Positions 19,115 through 27,822 of a stretch of 64,000 bases of DNA are shown here, one piece after another. The stretch's first letter is position 1. Each line of letters begins with the position of its first letter. This stretch comes from an uncultured delta proteobacterium (GTDB lineage: Bacteria > Myxococcota > Myxococcia > Myxococcales > Myxococcaceae). Location: NCBI GenBank assembly GCA_963796055.1, contig CAWCKH010000001.1:160001-224000 (forward strand), written 5' to 3'. A program made the position numbers and the translations under genes. The notes beneath the pieces were generated by a model. That model was not told where the DNA came from. It saw nothing but the letters and a program-made list of their open reading frames with translations, and made no database searches.

Positions 19115-20125
19115 ATGCGCATCCTGTCCGGCATCCAGTCCTCGGGAAAGCAGCACATCGGCAACTACTACGGTGCGCTCCGCCAGTTCGTGGACCTCCA
19201 GAACCGGGGTGAGGCCCTCTACTTCATCGCCAATCTGCACGCCCTGACCACGGTGCGTGACCCGGCTGCCGCCGCCACCCTCACCCGCGAGACGGCGATG
19301 GCCTTCCTCGCGCTCGGGCTGGATCCGGCGAAGGCCATCCTCTTCCGCCAGAGCGACATCCCGGAAGTGCTCGAGCTGTACTGGATCCTCGGCACCGTCG
19401 TGCCGCTGTCCAACCTCGACCGCGCGCACAGCTACAAGGACAAGCTCGCCCGGGGCATCTCGGCCGACTTCGGGCTCTTCGCCTACCCGGTGCTGATGGC
19501 GGCTGACATCCTGCTCTATGGCTCGGACCTGGTGCCGGTGGGGAGGGACCAGGTGCAGCATCTGGAGTTCGCCCGGGACTGGGCTACCAAGTTCAACGTG
19601 AGCTACGTGCCCGGCTACGACCCGGCGGATCCGACCGGGGCGAGGACCGGGAAGGCCGGCATCCTCAAGATTCCCGAGGCCCTGGTCCAGGAGGCGACCG
19701 CGGTGGTCCCGGGCACCGACGGTCAGAAGATGTCCAAGTCCTACAACAACACCATCGACGTCTTCGGCGAGGAGAGCGAGGTGAAGAAGCGGATCATGGG
19801 CATCAAGACCGACAGCACCCCCGTCGAGGCGCCCAAGCCCGTGGACACGCCACTCTACCAGCTCCTGCGGATCGTCCTCCCCGAGAGCGAGTTCGCAGCG
19901 GTGGACCGCTCCTGGCGAGAGGGCGGCAAGGGCTACGGCGAGTACAAGAAGACCTTGCTCACCGCCTACCATGCGACGTTCGACGGGCCGCGAGCCCGCT
20001 ACCAGTCACTGCAGAAGGATCCGCGGGCAGTGGACGCCATCCTTCGCGCCGGGGCGGAGCGGGCCCGGGCGGTCGCCGCTCCGGTCATCGACCGGGTCCG
20101 ACGGGCGGTGGGGATCGAGCGTTGA
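19115..20125 (+). CDS. trpS: Tryptophan--tRNA ligase
   Basis: SGIQSSG, HIGNY, YPVLMAADIL, VPVGRDQVQH, KMSKS. Confidence 0.97.
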   Translation: MRILSGIQSSGKQHIGNYYGALRQFVDLQNRGEALYFIANLHALTTVRDPAAAATLTRETAMAFLALGLDPAKAILFRQSDIPEVLELYWILGTVVPLSNLDRAHSYKDKLARGISADFGLFAYPVLMAADILLYGSDLVPVGRDQVQHLEFARDWATKFNVSYVPGYDPADPTGARTGKAGILKIPEALVQEATAVVPGTDGQKMSKSYNNTIDVFGEESEVKKRIMGIKTDSTPVEAPKPVDTPLYQLLRIVLPESEFAAVDRSWREGGKGYGEYKKTLLTAYHATFDGPRARYQSLQKDPRAVDAILRAGAERARAVAAPVIDRVRRAVGIER

Positions 20126-20151
20126 CCCCTCGCGGACGGGGCTGGTAGGGC
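20122..20151 (+). promoter_or_regulatory. Putative sigma70 promoter for scpA (TTGACC-N18-TAGGGC)
   Basis: -35 box overlaps the trpS TGA stop; -10 match is weak. Confidence 0.4.
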
Positions 20152-20162
20152 CAGGGCGCACG

Positions 20163-21002
20163 GTGCCCACCCATTCCCAGACCCCGGCCGAGCCGGAGGA
20201 CGTCGAGCAGGCGGGCGTCGCCGCCCTGCACCCCGCCTTCCGGGTTGCGCTGCCTACCTTCGAGGGCCCGCTGGATCTGCTGCTGCACCTCATCCGCGAG
20301 CACAAGCTCGACGTGTTCGACATCCCCGTCGCGCTGATCGCCGAGAAGTACAACCAGTCGCTCGCCCAGATGGTGGCGCTGGACCTGGATGTCGCCGGTG
20401 AGTTCCTGGTGATGGCGGCGACCCTGGCCCACATCAAGAGCCGGCTCCTGCTCCCGCGCACCGAGGCGCCCACCGAGGCAGGCGAGGCGGAGGAGCAGGG
20501 CGATCCGCGCGCCGAGCTGGTGCGGCGGCTGCTCGAGTACCAGAAGTACAAGGACGTGGCCCGCCAGCTCGCCGAGAACCCGCTGCTCGACCGGGAGGTC
20601 TTCGCCCGCCGCATCACCCCGGCGGCCGCGGCGCAGGTCGAGTCGGCGGCGCTGGCCGAGGTGAGCGTCTACCGGCTGATCGAGGCGCTGGACCGGGTCC
20701 TGAAGGCGCTCGAGCCGCGGGTGGGGCACGAGGTGGTGCGCGACCAGCTCACGCTCTCCGCCGCGATGCAGGGCATCACCGCCCGGCTCCGGCCCGGCGA
20801 GCGGATCGGCTTCCTCCAGCTGTTCGAAGGTCAGCGGACCCGTGGCGCGGTGGTGGTCACCTTCCTCGCTTTGCTGGAGATGGTGAAGCTGCGGTTGCTC
20901 CGCGTACACCAGGACGAGGGGTCGAGGGACATCTGGGTATCGGCCGAGGCCGGTTCAATCGAGGGCGGGACCCCGGAGGTCGACGAGCGTGAGTACTCCT
21001 GA
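20163..21002 (+). CDS. scpA: Segregation and condensation protein A
   Basis: FEGPLDLLLHLI, EFLVMAATL, IKSRLLLP, DPRAELVRRLLEY, TFLALLEM; start uncertain. Confidence 0.93.
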   Translation: MPTHSQTPAEPEDVEQAGVAALHPAFRVALPTFEGPLDLLLHLIREHKLDVFDIPVALIAEKYNQSLAQMVALDLDVAGEFLVMAATLAHIKSRLLLPRTEAPTEAGEAEEQGDPRAELVRRLLEYQKYKDVARQLAENPLLDREVFARRITPAAAAQVESAALAEVSVYRLIEALDRVLKALEPRVGHEVVRDQLTLSAAMQGITARLRPGERIGFLQLFEGQRTRGAVVVTFLALLEMVKLRLLRVHQDEGSRDIWVSAEAGSIEGGTPEVDEREYS

Positions 21003-21945
21003 GAAGCCGGGCGAGGATGGCGAGCGCTCCGGCCCGGCGGTGCCGTTCAGCGAGGCGGAGGTCCGGGCGGTGACCCCGCAGCCGGCGGACGCCGAGCTGG
21101 AAGACGTCGAGCCGGCGGAGATCGACGAGCAGCCGGTGGAGTTCGAACCGTTCGAGCGGCTGGTCCAGCGCAGCAGGCGGCTGCCGCCCGAGCGGGTCCG
21201 GACCGTGGTGGAATCGCTGCTCTTCGTCACCGACAAGCCGGTCACCCTGGACCAGCTGCACGAGGCCACGGGCATCGACCGTCAACGTCTGCAGACGGCG
21301 CTGGAGCAGCTCGGCGGGATCCACCGCGACGGGGTGAGCGGCATCGTCCTCACCGAGGTGGCGGGTGGCTGGCAGCTCCGCACCGATCCGGACAGCGGCG
21401 AGTTCGTGCGGCGCTTCCTGAGGGTGAAGCCACAGCGGCTCACCCGGGCAGCGCTGGAGACGCTGGCGATCATCGCCTACCGCCAGCCGGTGACCCGGCC
21501 GGAGATCGAGGACGTGCGCGGGGTGGACTCGGGCGCGGTGGTGAAGGCGCTCCTCGAGCGGCGATTGATCAAGATCCTGGGAAAGAAGGACGAGGTGGGC
21601 CGGCCGATCCTCTACGGGACCACCCGCGAGTTCCTCGAGTTCTTCGCCCTCAAGGATCTCTCGGCGCTGCCGACGCTGCGCGAGTTCCACGAGCTGTCCG
21701 AGGAGCACCGGACCCTGGTGGACCGCGAGGCGCCGGCACCGCCGACGACCGAGGGTCTGGTGCAGGAGCTGGCCGATCCCGCCTTCGAGCAGGGTCTGGA
21801 GGCCGCCGCCCCCGGTGCGGAGGAGGCAATGGAGGCGCTGGAGCAGGCGATCGAGGAGGCCGAGGCGCGCTCCAAGGCGGCCGCCGCGTCGATCGGTAGC
21901 GAGTCGACCACGCCGCGCCCTGCGCCCGAGGAGACCGACCCGTGA
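20989..21945 (+). CDS. scpB: Segregation and condensation protein B
   Basis: VESLLF, VAGGWQLRT, AALETLAIIAYRQPVTR, GRPILYGTTREFLEFF; overlaps scpA. Confidence 0.95.
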   Translation: MSTPEKPGEDGERSGPAVPFSEAEVRAVTPQPADAELEDVEPAEIDEQPVEFEPFERLVQRSRRLPPERVRTVVESLLFVTDKPVTLDQLHEATGIDRQRLQTALEQLGGIHRDGVSGIVLTEVAGGWQLRTDPDSGEFVRRFLRVKPQRLTRAALETLAIIAYRQPVTRPEIEDVRGVDSGAVVKALLERRLIKILGKKDEVGRPILYGTTREFLEFFALKDLSALPTLREFHELSEEHRTLVDREAPAPPTTEGLVQELADPAFEQGLEAAAPGAEEAMEALEQAIEEAEARSKAAAASIGSESTTPRPAPEETDP

Positions 21946-23840
21946 GCGAGCGACTGCAGAAGTTCCTCGCCCGCGCGGGGGTGGCCTCGCGCCGCCATGC
22001 CGAGGGGCTGATCACCGCCGGGCGGGTGAGCGTGAACAACCAGCGCGTCACCGAGCTCGGCACCAAGGTGGAGTCGACCGACCTGGTCACGGTGGACGGC
22101 ACGCTGGTGACCGCCCCGGAGAGCACGTCCTGGTACCTGGTGCACAAGCCACCGGGGGTGGTGACCACGCTGTCGGATCCCGAGGGACGGCCCACCGTCG
22201 CCGGGCTGCTCGAGGGCGTGGAGCAGCGGGTCTTTCCGGTCGGGCGGCTGGACTGGGATGCCGAGGGTGCGCTCCTCCTCACCAACGACGGCGCGGCGGC
22301 GCACCGGCTGCTGCACCCGAGCTTCGAGGTGCCCCGGACCTACCTGGTGAAGGTGAAGGGAACGCCCACCGAGGAGACGCTGGCCCGGCTGGTGGAGGGG
22401 GTACGCCTCGAGGATGGTCCGGCGCGCGCGCTGCGGGCGGAGCGCTTCGAGGCCACCGAGCGAAACACCTGGGTCCTCCTCCAGGTCGGCGAGGGGCGGC
22501 CACACCTGGTCAAGCGCCTCTGCGCCGCGGTGGGGCACCCGGTGGTCCGGCTCTTCCGGCCTGCGCAGGCGGGCGTCTCGGTCGCGGGGCTCCAGCCCGG
22601 CGAGCTCCGCCCGCTGACGCCCGAGGAGGTCGATCGGGTCCAGGCGGTGGTCGCGGGGGGCGCCGTGCCCGAGCCTCCCCCCTTCCTTCCGCCGAGGCGG
22701 CACGGCCGGGGTGGCGAGGACGACGAGCGCGCCGACCAGGCGGAGGAGGCGGCCAGAGACGTCGGCACTCCGGCGAGCGGCCCGGAGCCTCGGGGCGCTG
22801 GTCGCGCCGACCGCCGGCATCGGGCGCCCGGCGCAGGGGTGGCCGGGCGTGGCCGGGGTAGGGGTGAAGTCTCACGCGGTGTGGGCCGCCCGTTCGGCGA
22901 TCGCCGGGGTGGCCCGCGTGGCGAGCGGGGGCGATCCGCGGCTCGATCGTTCGGTGGCGAAGGAGCCCGGGGAGGGTCGCGGCGCGCGGGCAGCGGCCGG
23001 TTCGGTGGAGGGCCGGACCAAGACCGGGAGGAAAGGCCCGACCGGAAGAGACCGTCCGCTGGGCGGGGGGGTGGATTCAGGGGCGGTCGGGGTGAAGGCC
23101 GCGCCGGCGCGGGCCCAGGCGGCCGGGACCGAGGGTTCGCTCGGGGCCCGAGGTCGGAGGAAGGCGGTCGGGAACTCCGCGGTGGTCGGGGCGGGAGCTT
23201 CGGTGGAGGCGCGGGCGAGCGACGGAGACCGTTCCCTGGAACCCGGGCTTCTGGCAGCCGGTCGTTCGAGGGACGCGGTGGCGGATTTCGCGGCGGGCGG
23301 GACGACGGCTTCGGTCGAGGCGCCCGGAAGGGACGAGAAGCGTCTGCTGGCACCCCGGCGGCGGGGGGAGGCGGGGGAGGACTTCGTGCTGGTGGTCGGG
23401 GCGGCGGGCGCGCCGGGGCGCGTCCCGGTGGCCCCAGCGGCGGATTCGGTCGAGGCGCGGGCGAGGGACGACGACCCGGCCGTGACAGCGCCTCGTTCGA
23501 GGGACGGCGTGGCGGGTTCGGCGGCGGCGCCGCGGCCTCCGGCAATCGGGACGGTCGCTTCGGTCGAGGACCGGGCGGAGGCGAGGGACGGAGACCCGGT
23601 CGTGAGGCGTCGTTCGGCCGGGGTGGCGGCAGTTTCCGCGCTGGCCCCGGCGCCGGACCGCGTGGGGGGAGTCGGAACGTGGGCCTCCCCGGCGCCGGGC
23701 GCCCACCGGGACACGGTGGATCGACGTCCGGCGGGCGCGGCCGCTTCGGCGCGCTCCCCCGCGGTGGCGGGGAGCGAAGGCCCCGACCCGGAGGACCACG
23801 CGGTGGAGGTGCAGGTGGGAGAGGTGGCGGCCGGCGCTGA
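21942..23840 (+). CDS. rluB: 23S rRNA pseudouridine synthase (RsuA/RluB family) with long RGG-rich C-terminal tail
   Basis: S4 domain RLQKFLARAGVASRR, HKPPG, VGRLDWDAEG catalytic motif; follows scpAB; ~380 aa Gly/Arg tail. Confidence 0.88.
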   Translation: MSERLQKFLARAGVASRRHAEGLITAGRVSVNNQRVTELGTKVESTDLVTVDGTLVTAPESTSWYLVHKPPGVVTTLSDPEGRPTVAGLLEGVEQRVFPVGRLDWDAEGALLLTNDGAAAHRLLHPSFEVPRTYLVKVKGTPTEETLARLVEGVRLEDGPARALRAERFEATERNTWVLLQVGEGRPHLVKRLCAAVGHPVVRLFRPAQAGVSVAGLQPGELRPLTPEEVDRVQAVVAGGAVPEPPPFLPPRRHGRGGEDDERADQAEEAARDVGTPASGPEPRGAGRADRRHRAPGAGVAGRGRGRGEVSRGVGRPFGDRRGGPRGERGRSAARSFGGEGARGGSRRAGSGRFGGGPDQDREERPDRKRPSAGRGGGFRGGRGEGRAGAGPGGRDRGFARGPRSEEGGRELRGGRGGSFGGGAGERRRPFPGTRASGSRSFEGRGGGFRGGRDDGFGRGARKGREASAGTPAAGGGGGGLRAGGRGGGRAGARPGGPSGGFGRGAGEGRRPGRDSASFEGRRGGFGGGAAASGNRDGRFGRGPGGGEGRRPGREASFGRGGGSFRAGPGAGPRGGSRNVGLPGAGRPPGHGGSTSGGRGRFGALPRGGGERRPRPGGPRGGGAGGRGGGRR

Positions 23841-23891
23841 GGCCGGCGCTCACGGCGCGTCCTCGGGGTGAGGTAAAACCCCGTCCCATCG

Positions 23892-25676
23892 ATGGATCCT
23901 GCACGGCTCAAAGCCGATGCCGGTGCGGCCCTGGCCGCAGGACACTTCTCGCGCGCCGCCTCGCTCTACGCGGCCTACTGCGCCAGCGCTCCCCGGGACC
24001 GACAGTCGCACCTCCGGCTGGGTGACGCCTACGCGCGTGCCGGCGAGAAAGCGCGCGCCATCGACGCCTACCTCGCTGCGGCACGGGGGTTCGCCGAGGA
24101 CGGGTTCCTGGCCCGGGCCATCGCGGCGAGCAAGCGCGTCCTGGAGCTGGACCCGAACCACACCCAGATGCAGCGCATCCTGGCCGACCTGTACGCCAAG
24201 CGCGCCGCCGGTGGGCAGGCCTTGCGGGCGCTGCTCGGCAAGCCGGAGCCGGCGCGCGACGAGCCCCTCCCGGTGCGCCCGTTCGAGCCGCTCGGCGCCG
24301 AGGCACCGGCGGTCACCGAGCCCGGCACGCCGAAGCCCGTTCCCGCCGGTCCGGCGCGGCCCGCGTCGTCCGAGCCGGGGGAGCTGCTGGTCACCGAATA
24401 CATGCTCGAGCCGGACCCGAAGGAGCCGACGCTCGAGGAGGTGCTCCGCACCGAGGCGGATCATCGGGTCGAGACCCCGCTTCCGCTCGGCCCTCCGGCT
24501 GCGCCCTCCGTCGACCTCCCGCCCGAGACGTCCGAGCCAACGACGACCTCGAGCGCCCCGGCTCCGCCGCTGCCCACCCCGGCGCCGGCGCCGGTGCCCC
24601 GGTTCGTGGAGCTGAGCCTCGAGGACGCCGGAGGGACCGGGGGGCTCGACCTGCCCGTCGAGACCCCTCCGGCCAGCCAGACGAAGCCCGGCGAGGACCC
24701 CGGCTACATCGATCTGGAGATCGAGGACGACCCCCCCGCTCCGGCGCCCCTCGCGCTGGATCCGGGCCCACTCATCCACGCCCTCGAGCAGGCGGCAGAG
24801 CTCGCCCCGGCAGAGCCGGCCCTCGCCCGGAATCCCTTCGTCGCCCCCGCGGCGCGCAACGTCCCCCGGGCCCCGCTGTTCTCCGACCTGTCGCACGGGG
24901 CCTTCGTCGAGCTGGTGGAGCGCTGTCCGCTCCGCCGCTTCGAGGCCGGCGATCGGATCATCCAGCAGGGCGACCCGGGCGACAGCTTCTACGTCATCTG
25001 CGAGGGACGGGTGTCGGTCCTCCGCGAGGACGACCGCCTCGCCCACCCGGTCGCGGCGCTCGAGGCCGGGGAGTTCTTCGGTGAGGTGGCGCTCCTCGCC
25101 GGTGGCCCACGAACGGCGTCGGTCTATGCGCTCACCGAGGACACCCAGGTGCTGGAGATCTCCGGGCAGCTGCTGATGGAGCTCGCCCGCAGCCACCCGG
25201 GGGTCGCCTCGGCCCTCAAGACCTTCTGCCGGCAGCGCCTGCTGAGCAATCTCTTGTCCACCTCGGCGCTCTTCCGGCCGCTGGAGCGGGGCGAGCGACG
25301 GGAGCTGGCCACGCGGTTCCGGGCGCGCGACGCGCTGGCCGGCGAGGTGGTCATCTCCCAGGGCGGGCAGGGCGACGGGCTCTACGTCATCCTCGCCGGC
25401 GAGGTCGAGGTGCTCCGCGACGGCGCCTCGGCCGGCACGCTCGGCGCCGGGGACGTGTTCGGCGAGATGTCCCTCCTGGACGGGGTGCCCGCCATCGCCA
25501 CGGTGCGGACCCTGCGGCGGACCTCGCTGCTCCGGCTTCCCGCCTCCGAGCTGTCCGCGGTCCTCGAGCGCTACCCTGCGGTGCGCGCCCACCTCGAGGC
25601 GTTGCGCGATGCCCGCGCGGAGATCAATGCCCGGCTGCCGCTCACACCGGATGACGAGCCGTTCTTCGTGGTCTAG
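23892..25676 (+). CDS. TPR + tandem cyclic-nucleotide-binding domain protein
   Basis: N-terminal TPR, Pro/Glu-rich linker, two cNMP domains (FFGEVALLAGGPRTASV; VFGEMSLLDGVPAIATV). Confidence 0.9.
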   Translation: MDPARLKADAGAALAAGHFSRAASLYAAYCASAPRDRQSHLRLGDAYARAGEKARAIDAYLAAARGFAEDGFLARAIAASKRVLELDPNHTQMQRILADLYAKRAAGGQALRALLGKPEPARDEPLPVRPFEPLGAEAPAVTEPGTPKPVPAGPARPASSEPGELLVTEYMLEPDPKEPTLEEVLRTEADHRVETPLPLGPPAAPSVDLPPETSEPTTTSSAPAPPLPTPAPAPVPRFVELSLEDAGGTGGLDLPVETPPASQTKPGEDPGYIDLEIEDDPPAPAPLALDPGPLIHALEQAAELAPAEPALARNPFVAPAARNVPRAPLFSDLSHGAFVELVERCPLRRFEAGDRIIQQGDPGDSFYVICEGRVSVLREDDRLAHPVAALEAGEFFGEVALLAGGPRTASVYALTEDTQVLEISGQLLMELARSHPGVASALKTFCRQRLLSNLLSTSALFRPLERGERRELATRFRARDALAGEVVISQGGQGDGLYVILAGEVEVLRDGASAGTLGAGDVFGEMSLLDGVPAIATVRTLRRTSLLRLPASELSAVLERYPAVRAHLEALRDARAEINARLPLTPDDEPFFVV

Positions 25677-25695
25677 CCCTGGAGACAACCCCCCC

Positions 25696-26628
25696 GTGAC
25701 CCTCCGCCTCGCCGCCGCCTCCGTCCTGATCCTCTGCCTCGCCGGCTGCGCGCACACGGCGCTCGAGGGTAGCGATCTCGATCGCGTCCAGCGCCCCGCC
25801 TTCGTCTCCCGGGTGACCGACGAGGCCGGGCCACGCGTCAACGTGTACCGCTCCGACTCGGCCCAGGCGGCGAAGCTCGCCGGAACCTCGCCCGAGGACG
25901 CCGACAAGAAGCTGGAGGAAAGCCTGCGGCCGGCGCTCTCCCGGTTCGAGGCGGCGGAGCGACTGCGCTCGCACGTCCAGGCCGCCATCCAGTCGGAGAA
26001 GCCCTGGTCGCAGGCGGTCCCGCCGTCGCAGGTGGCCAGCGCGCTGGAGACGTTCCTGGTCCAGGAGGTCCCCGGGAGCCCCCCGGACTACACGCGGCTT
26101 CGCCCGCTGGGGGCGGACTCGGTGGTGGAGTTCGTGATCGAGGAGTACGGGATGCGCACCGAGAAGGGGGTGCCCCAGACCTGGGTGCGCGGGACCGGCC
26201 GCATGTTCCGCCTGGCAGACGGCGGGGAGATGTGGCGCTCCGGATTCTCCGGGACGTCCACCGAGGTCGGGCTGACGCCGCTGGATCCGTCCACCCTCGC
26301 CGCCAACCCACGCCCGTTCCACGAGCAGATGGTCGCGGTGCTCGACTCGGTGTCGGTCCAGCTGGCGCGCCAGCTGAGCCCCACCAACCGCGCAGGCGGC
26401 GCGCCCACCCCGCCCGGGACCGGCGAGCTGCGGGCGCCCACCGACGAGCGCACCCCGCTGGAAAAGGAGATCGACAAGTCGAAGGCGGCGCCGCCCCCGG
26501 ACGCGACCACCCCGACGGGAGTGCCGGTCGACGTGGGCTCCTCCAAGAAGAAGCCACCCCGGGAATCGGCGCCTCCGCCGGACGCCACGGCGCCCACCGA
26601 GGTCCCGGTCGACTCGAAGAAGAAGTGA
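25696..26628 (+). CDS. Putative lipoprotein with duplicated C-terminal Pro/Thr-rich motif
   Basis: Lipobox LAGC, GGAGA RBS, GC3-rich codons. Confidence 0.8.
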   Translation: MTLRLAAASVLILCLAGCAHTALEGSDLDRVQRPAFVSRVTDEAGPRVNVYRSDSAQAAKLAGTSPEDADKKLEESLRPALSRFEAAERLRSHVQAAIQSEKPWSQAVPPSQVASALETFLVQEVPGSPPDYTRLRPLGADSVVEFVIEEYGMRTEKGVPQTWVRGTGRMFRLADGGEMWRSGFSGTSTEVGLTPLDPSTLAANPRPFHEQMVAVLDSVSVQLARQLSPTNRAGGAPTPPGTGELRAPTDERTPLEKEIDKSKAAPPPDATTPTGVPVDVGSSKKKPPRESAPPPDATAPTEVPVDSKKK

Positions 26629-26684
26629 GATGCGACGGCAGGCCGCGTCACAGGGTCCTCTGGTAAGATTGGCGATTCCGCTTC

Positions 26685-27743
26685 GTGTCCGCGAACGCTC
26701 TCATCACCGTCGATGGCTCCTCCGGCGGTCAGTCGCTACGGACTGCGTTGACCCTCTCGCTGGTCACGCAGCGGCCGTTCCGCGTGGAATCGTTCTGCGC
26801 GGCGCGGATCGCCCCGGGGCTCCGGCCGAGGCATCTGTCGCTGCTGCGGGCCGCAGAAGCGCTCGGGGGACGGGTGGAGGGCGGGCTGGCCGGGGCGCTC
26901 GCCTTCTCCTTCCAGCCAGGGCCGGTGTCGGCGGGGAGCTACGTGCTCGAGCTGGGGGCGTCGGCGCCGGCGTGCCTGGTGTTCCAGTGCCTCTTCTACC
27001 CGCTGGCGCTCGCCGGAGGAGGGGAGCTCCGTCTGCTCGGGCTGACCCACGCCCCGAAGGGGCCCACCTACCACCACCTGGCCTGGGTCTGGCTTCCGCT
27101 GCTCGAGGCGTACGGGCTCCGGGCGTCGCTCTCGCTCCAGCGGGCGGGGTTCTGGCCCGAGGGGGTGGGAGAGTTCCGAGGCCTGGTGCAGGGGCCCGGC
27201 GAGCCCCCACTCCGGGTGGAGGTGCCGGCGCGGGGCACGCTGCAGGACGTCGAGGTGCGAAGCCTGGTCGGCGGCGTGCCGTTCGATGTCGCCGCGCGCC
27301 AGGCCCGGGCGGCGGAGAACGCACTCCGCGAGCGGGGCATCTACTGCCACGCGGAGAACCTGCCGCTGCCGGTGGGGAAGACTCCGGGGACCCTGGTCTT
27401 CATCCGGGCCCAGTTCGAGAACACCTTCGCCGCCTTCGCCGCGGTGGGAGCGCGGAACGCCTCGCCCGAGGAGGTGGGCGCGAAGGCAGCCCACGCGCTC
27501 GCCGACTTCATGCAGACGCCCGGCGCGCTGGACGAGCACCTCGCGGACCAGATCCTCCTCCCGGCGGCGCTCCTGGCGGCGGGACGGCTCGGCGCGTCCT
27601 CCCCGGGCACCACCCGCTTCACCGCTGCCCGGCTCACCCCGCACCTCCGGGTCACCGCGGCCCTGCTGGAGGAGTTCCTCCCGGTACGGGTCGAGGTGAA
27701 GGAAGAGGGCGAGGTGGCCGTCCTTCCACGCGGCGCGGCCTGA
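26685..27743 (+). CDS. rtcA: RNA 3'-terminal phosphate cyclase (divergent)
   Basis: DGS..GGQSLRTAL, PGLRPRHL, FWPEGVG, DEHLADQ, TPHL (putative catalytic His). Confidence 0.88.
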   Translation: MSANALITVDGSSGGQSLRTALTLSLVTQRPFRVESFCAARIAPGLRPRHLSLLRAAEALGGRVEGGLAGALAFSFQPGPVSAGSYVLELGASAPACLVFQCLFYPLALAGGGELRLLGLTHAPKGPTYHHLAWVWLPLLEAYGLRASLSLQRAGFWPEGVGEFRGLVQGPGEPPLRVEVPARGTLQDVEVRSLVGGVPFDVAARQARAAENALRERGIYCHAENLPLPVGKTPGTLVFIRAQFENTFAAFAAVGARNASPEEVGAKAAHALADFMQTPGALDEHLADQILLPAALLAAGRLGASSPGTTRFTAARLTPHLRVTAALLEEFLPVRVEVKEEGEVAVLPRGAA

Positions 27744-27822
27744 CGTCGGTCCGCCGCAGGGCCCCCGAAATCCCCGGGCGCGTGCGTGGGCCGGGTCGCA
27801 CGCGCTAGACAGCGTGCGTCCC

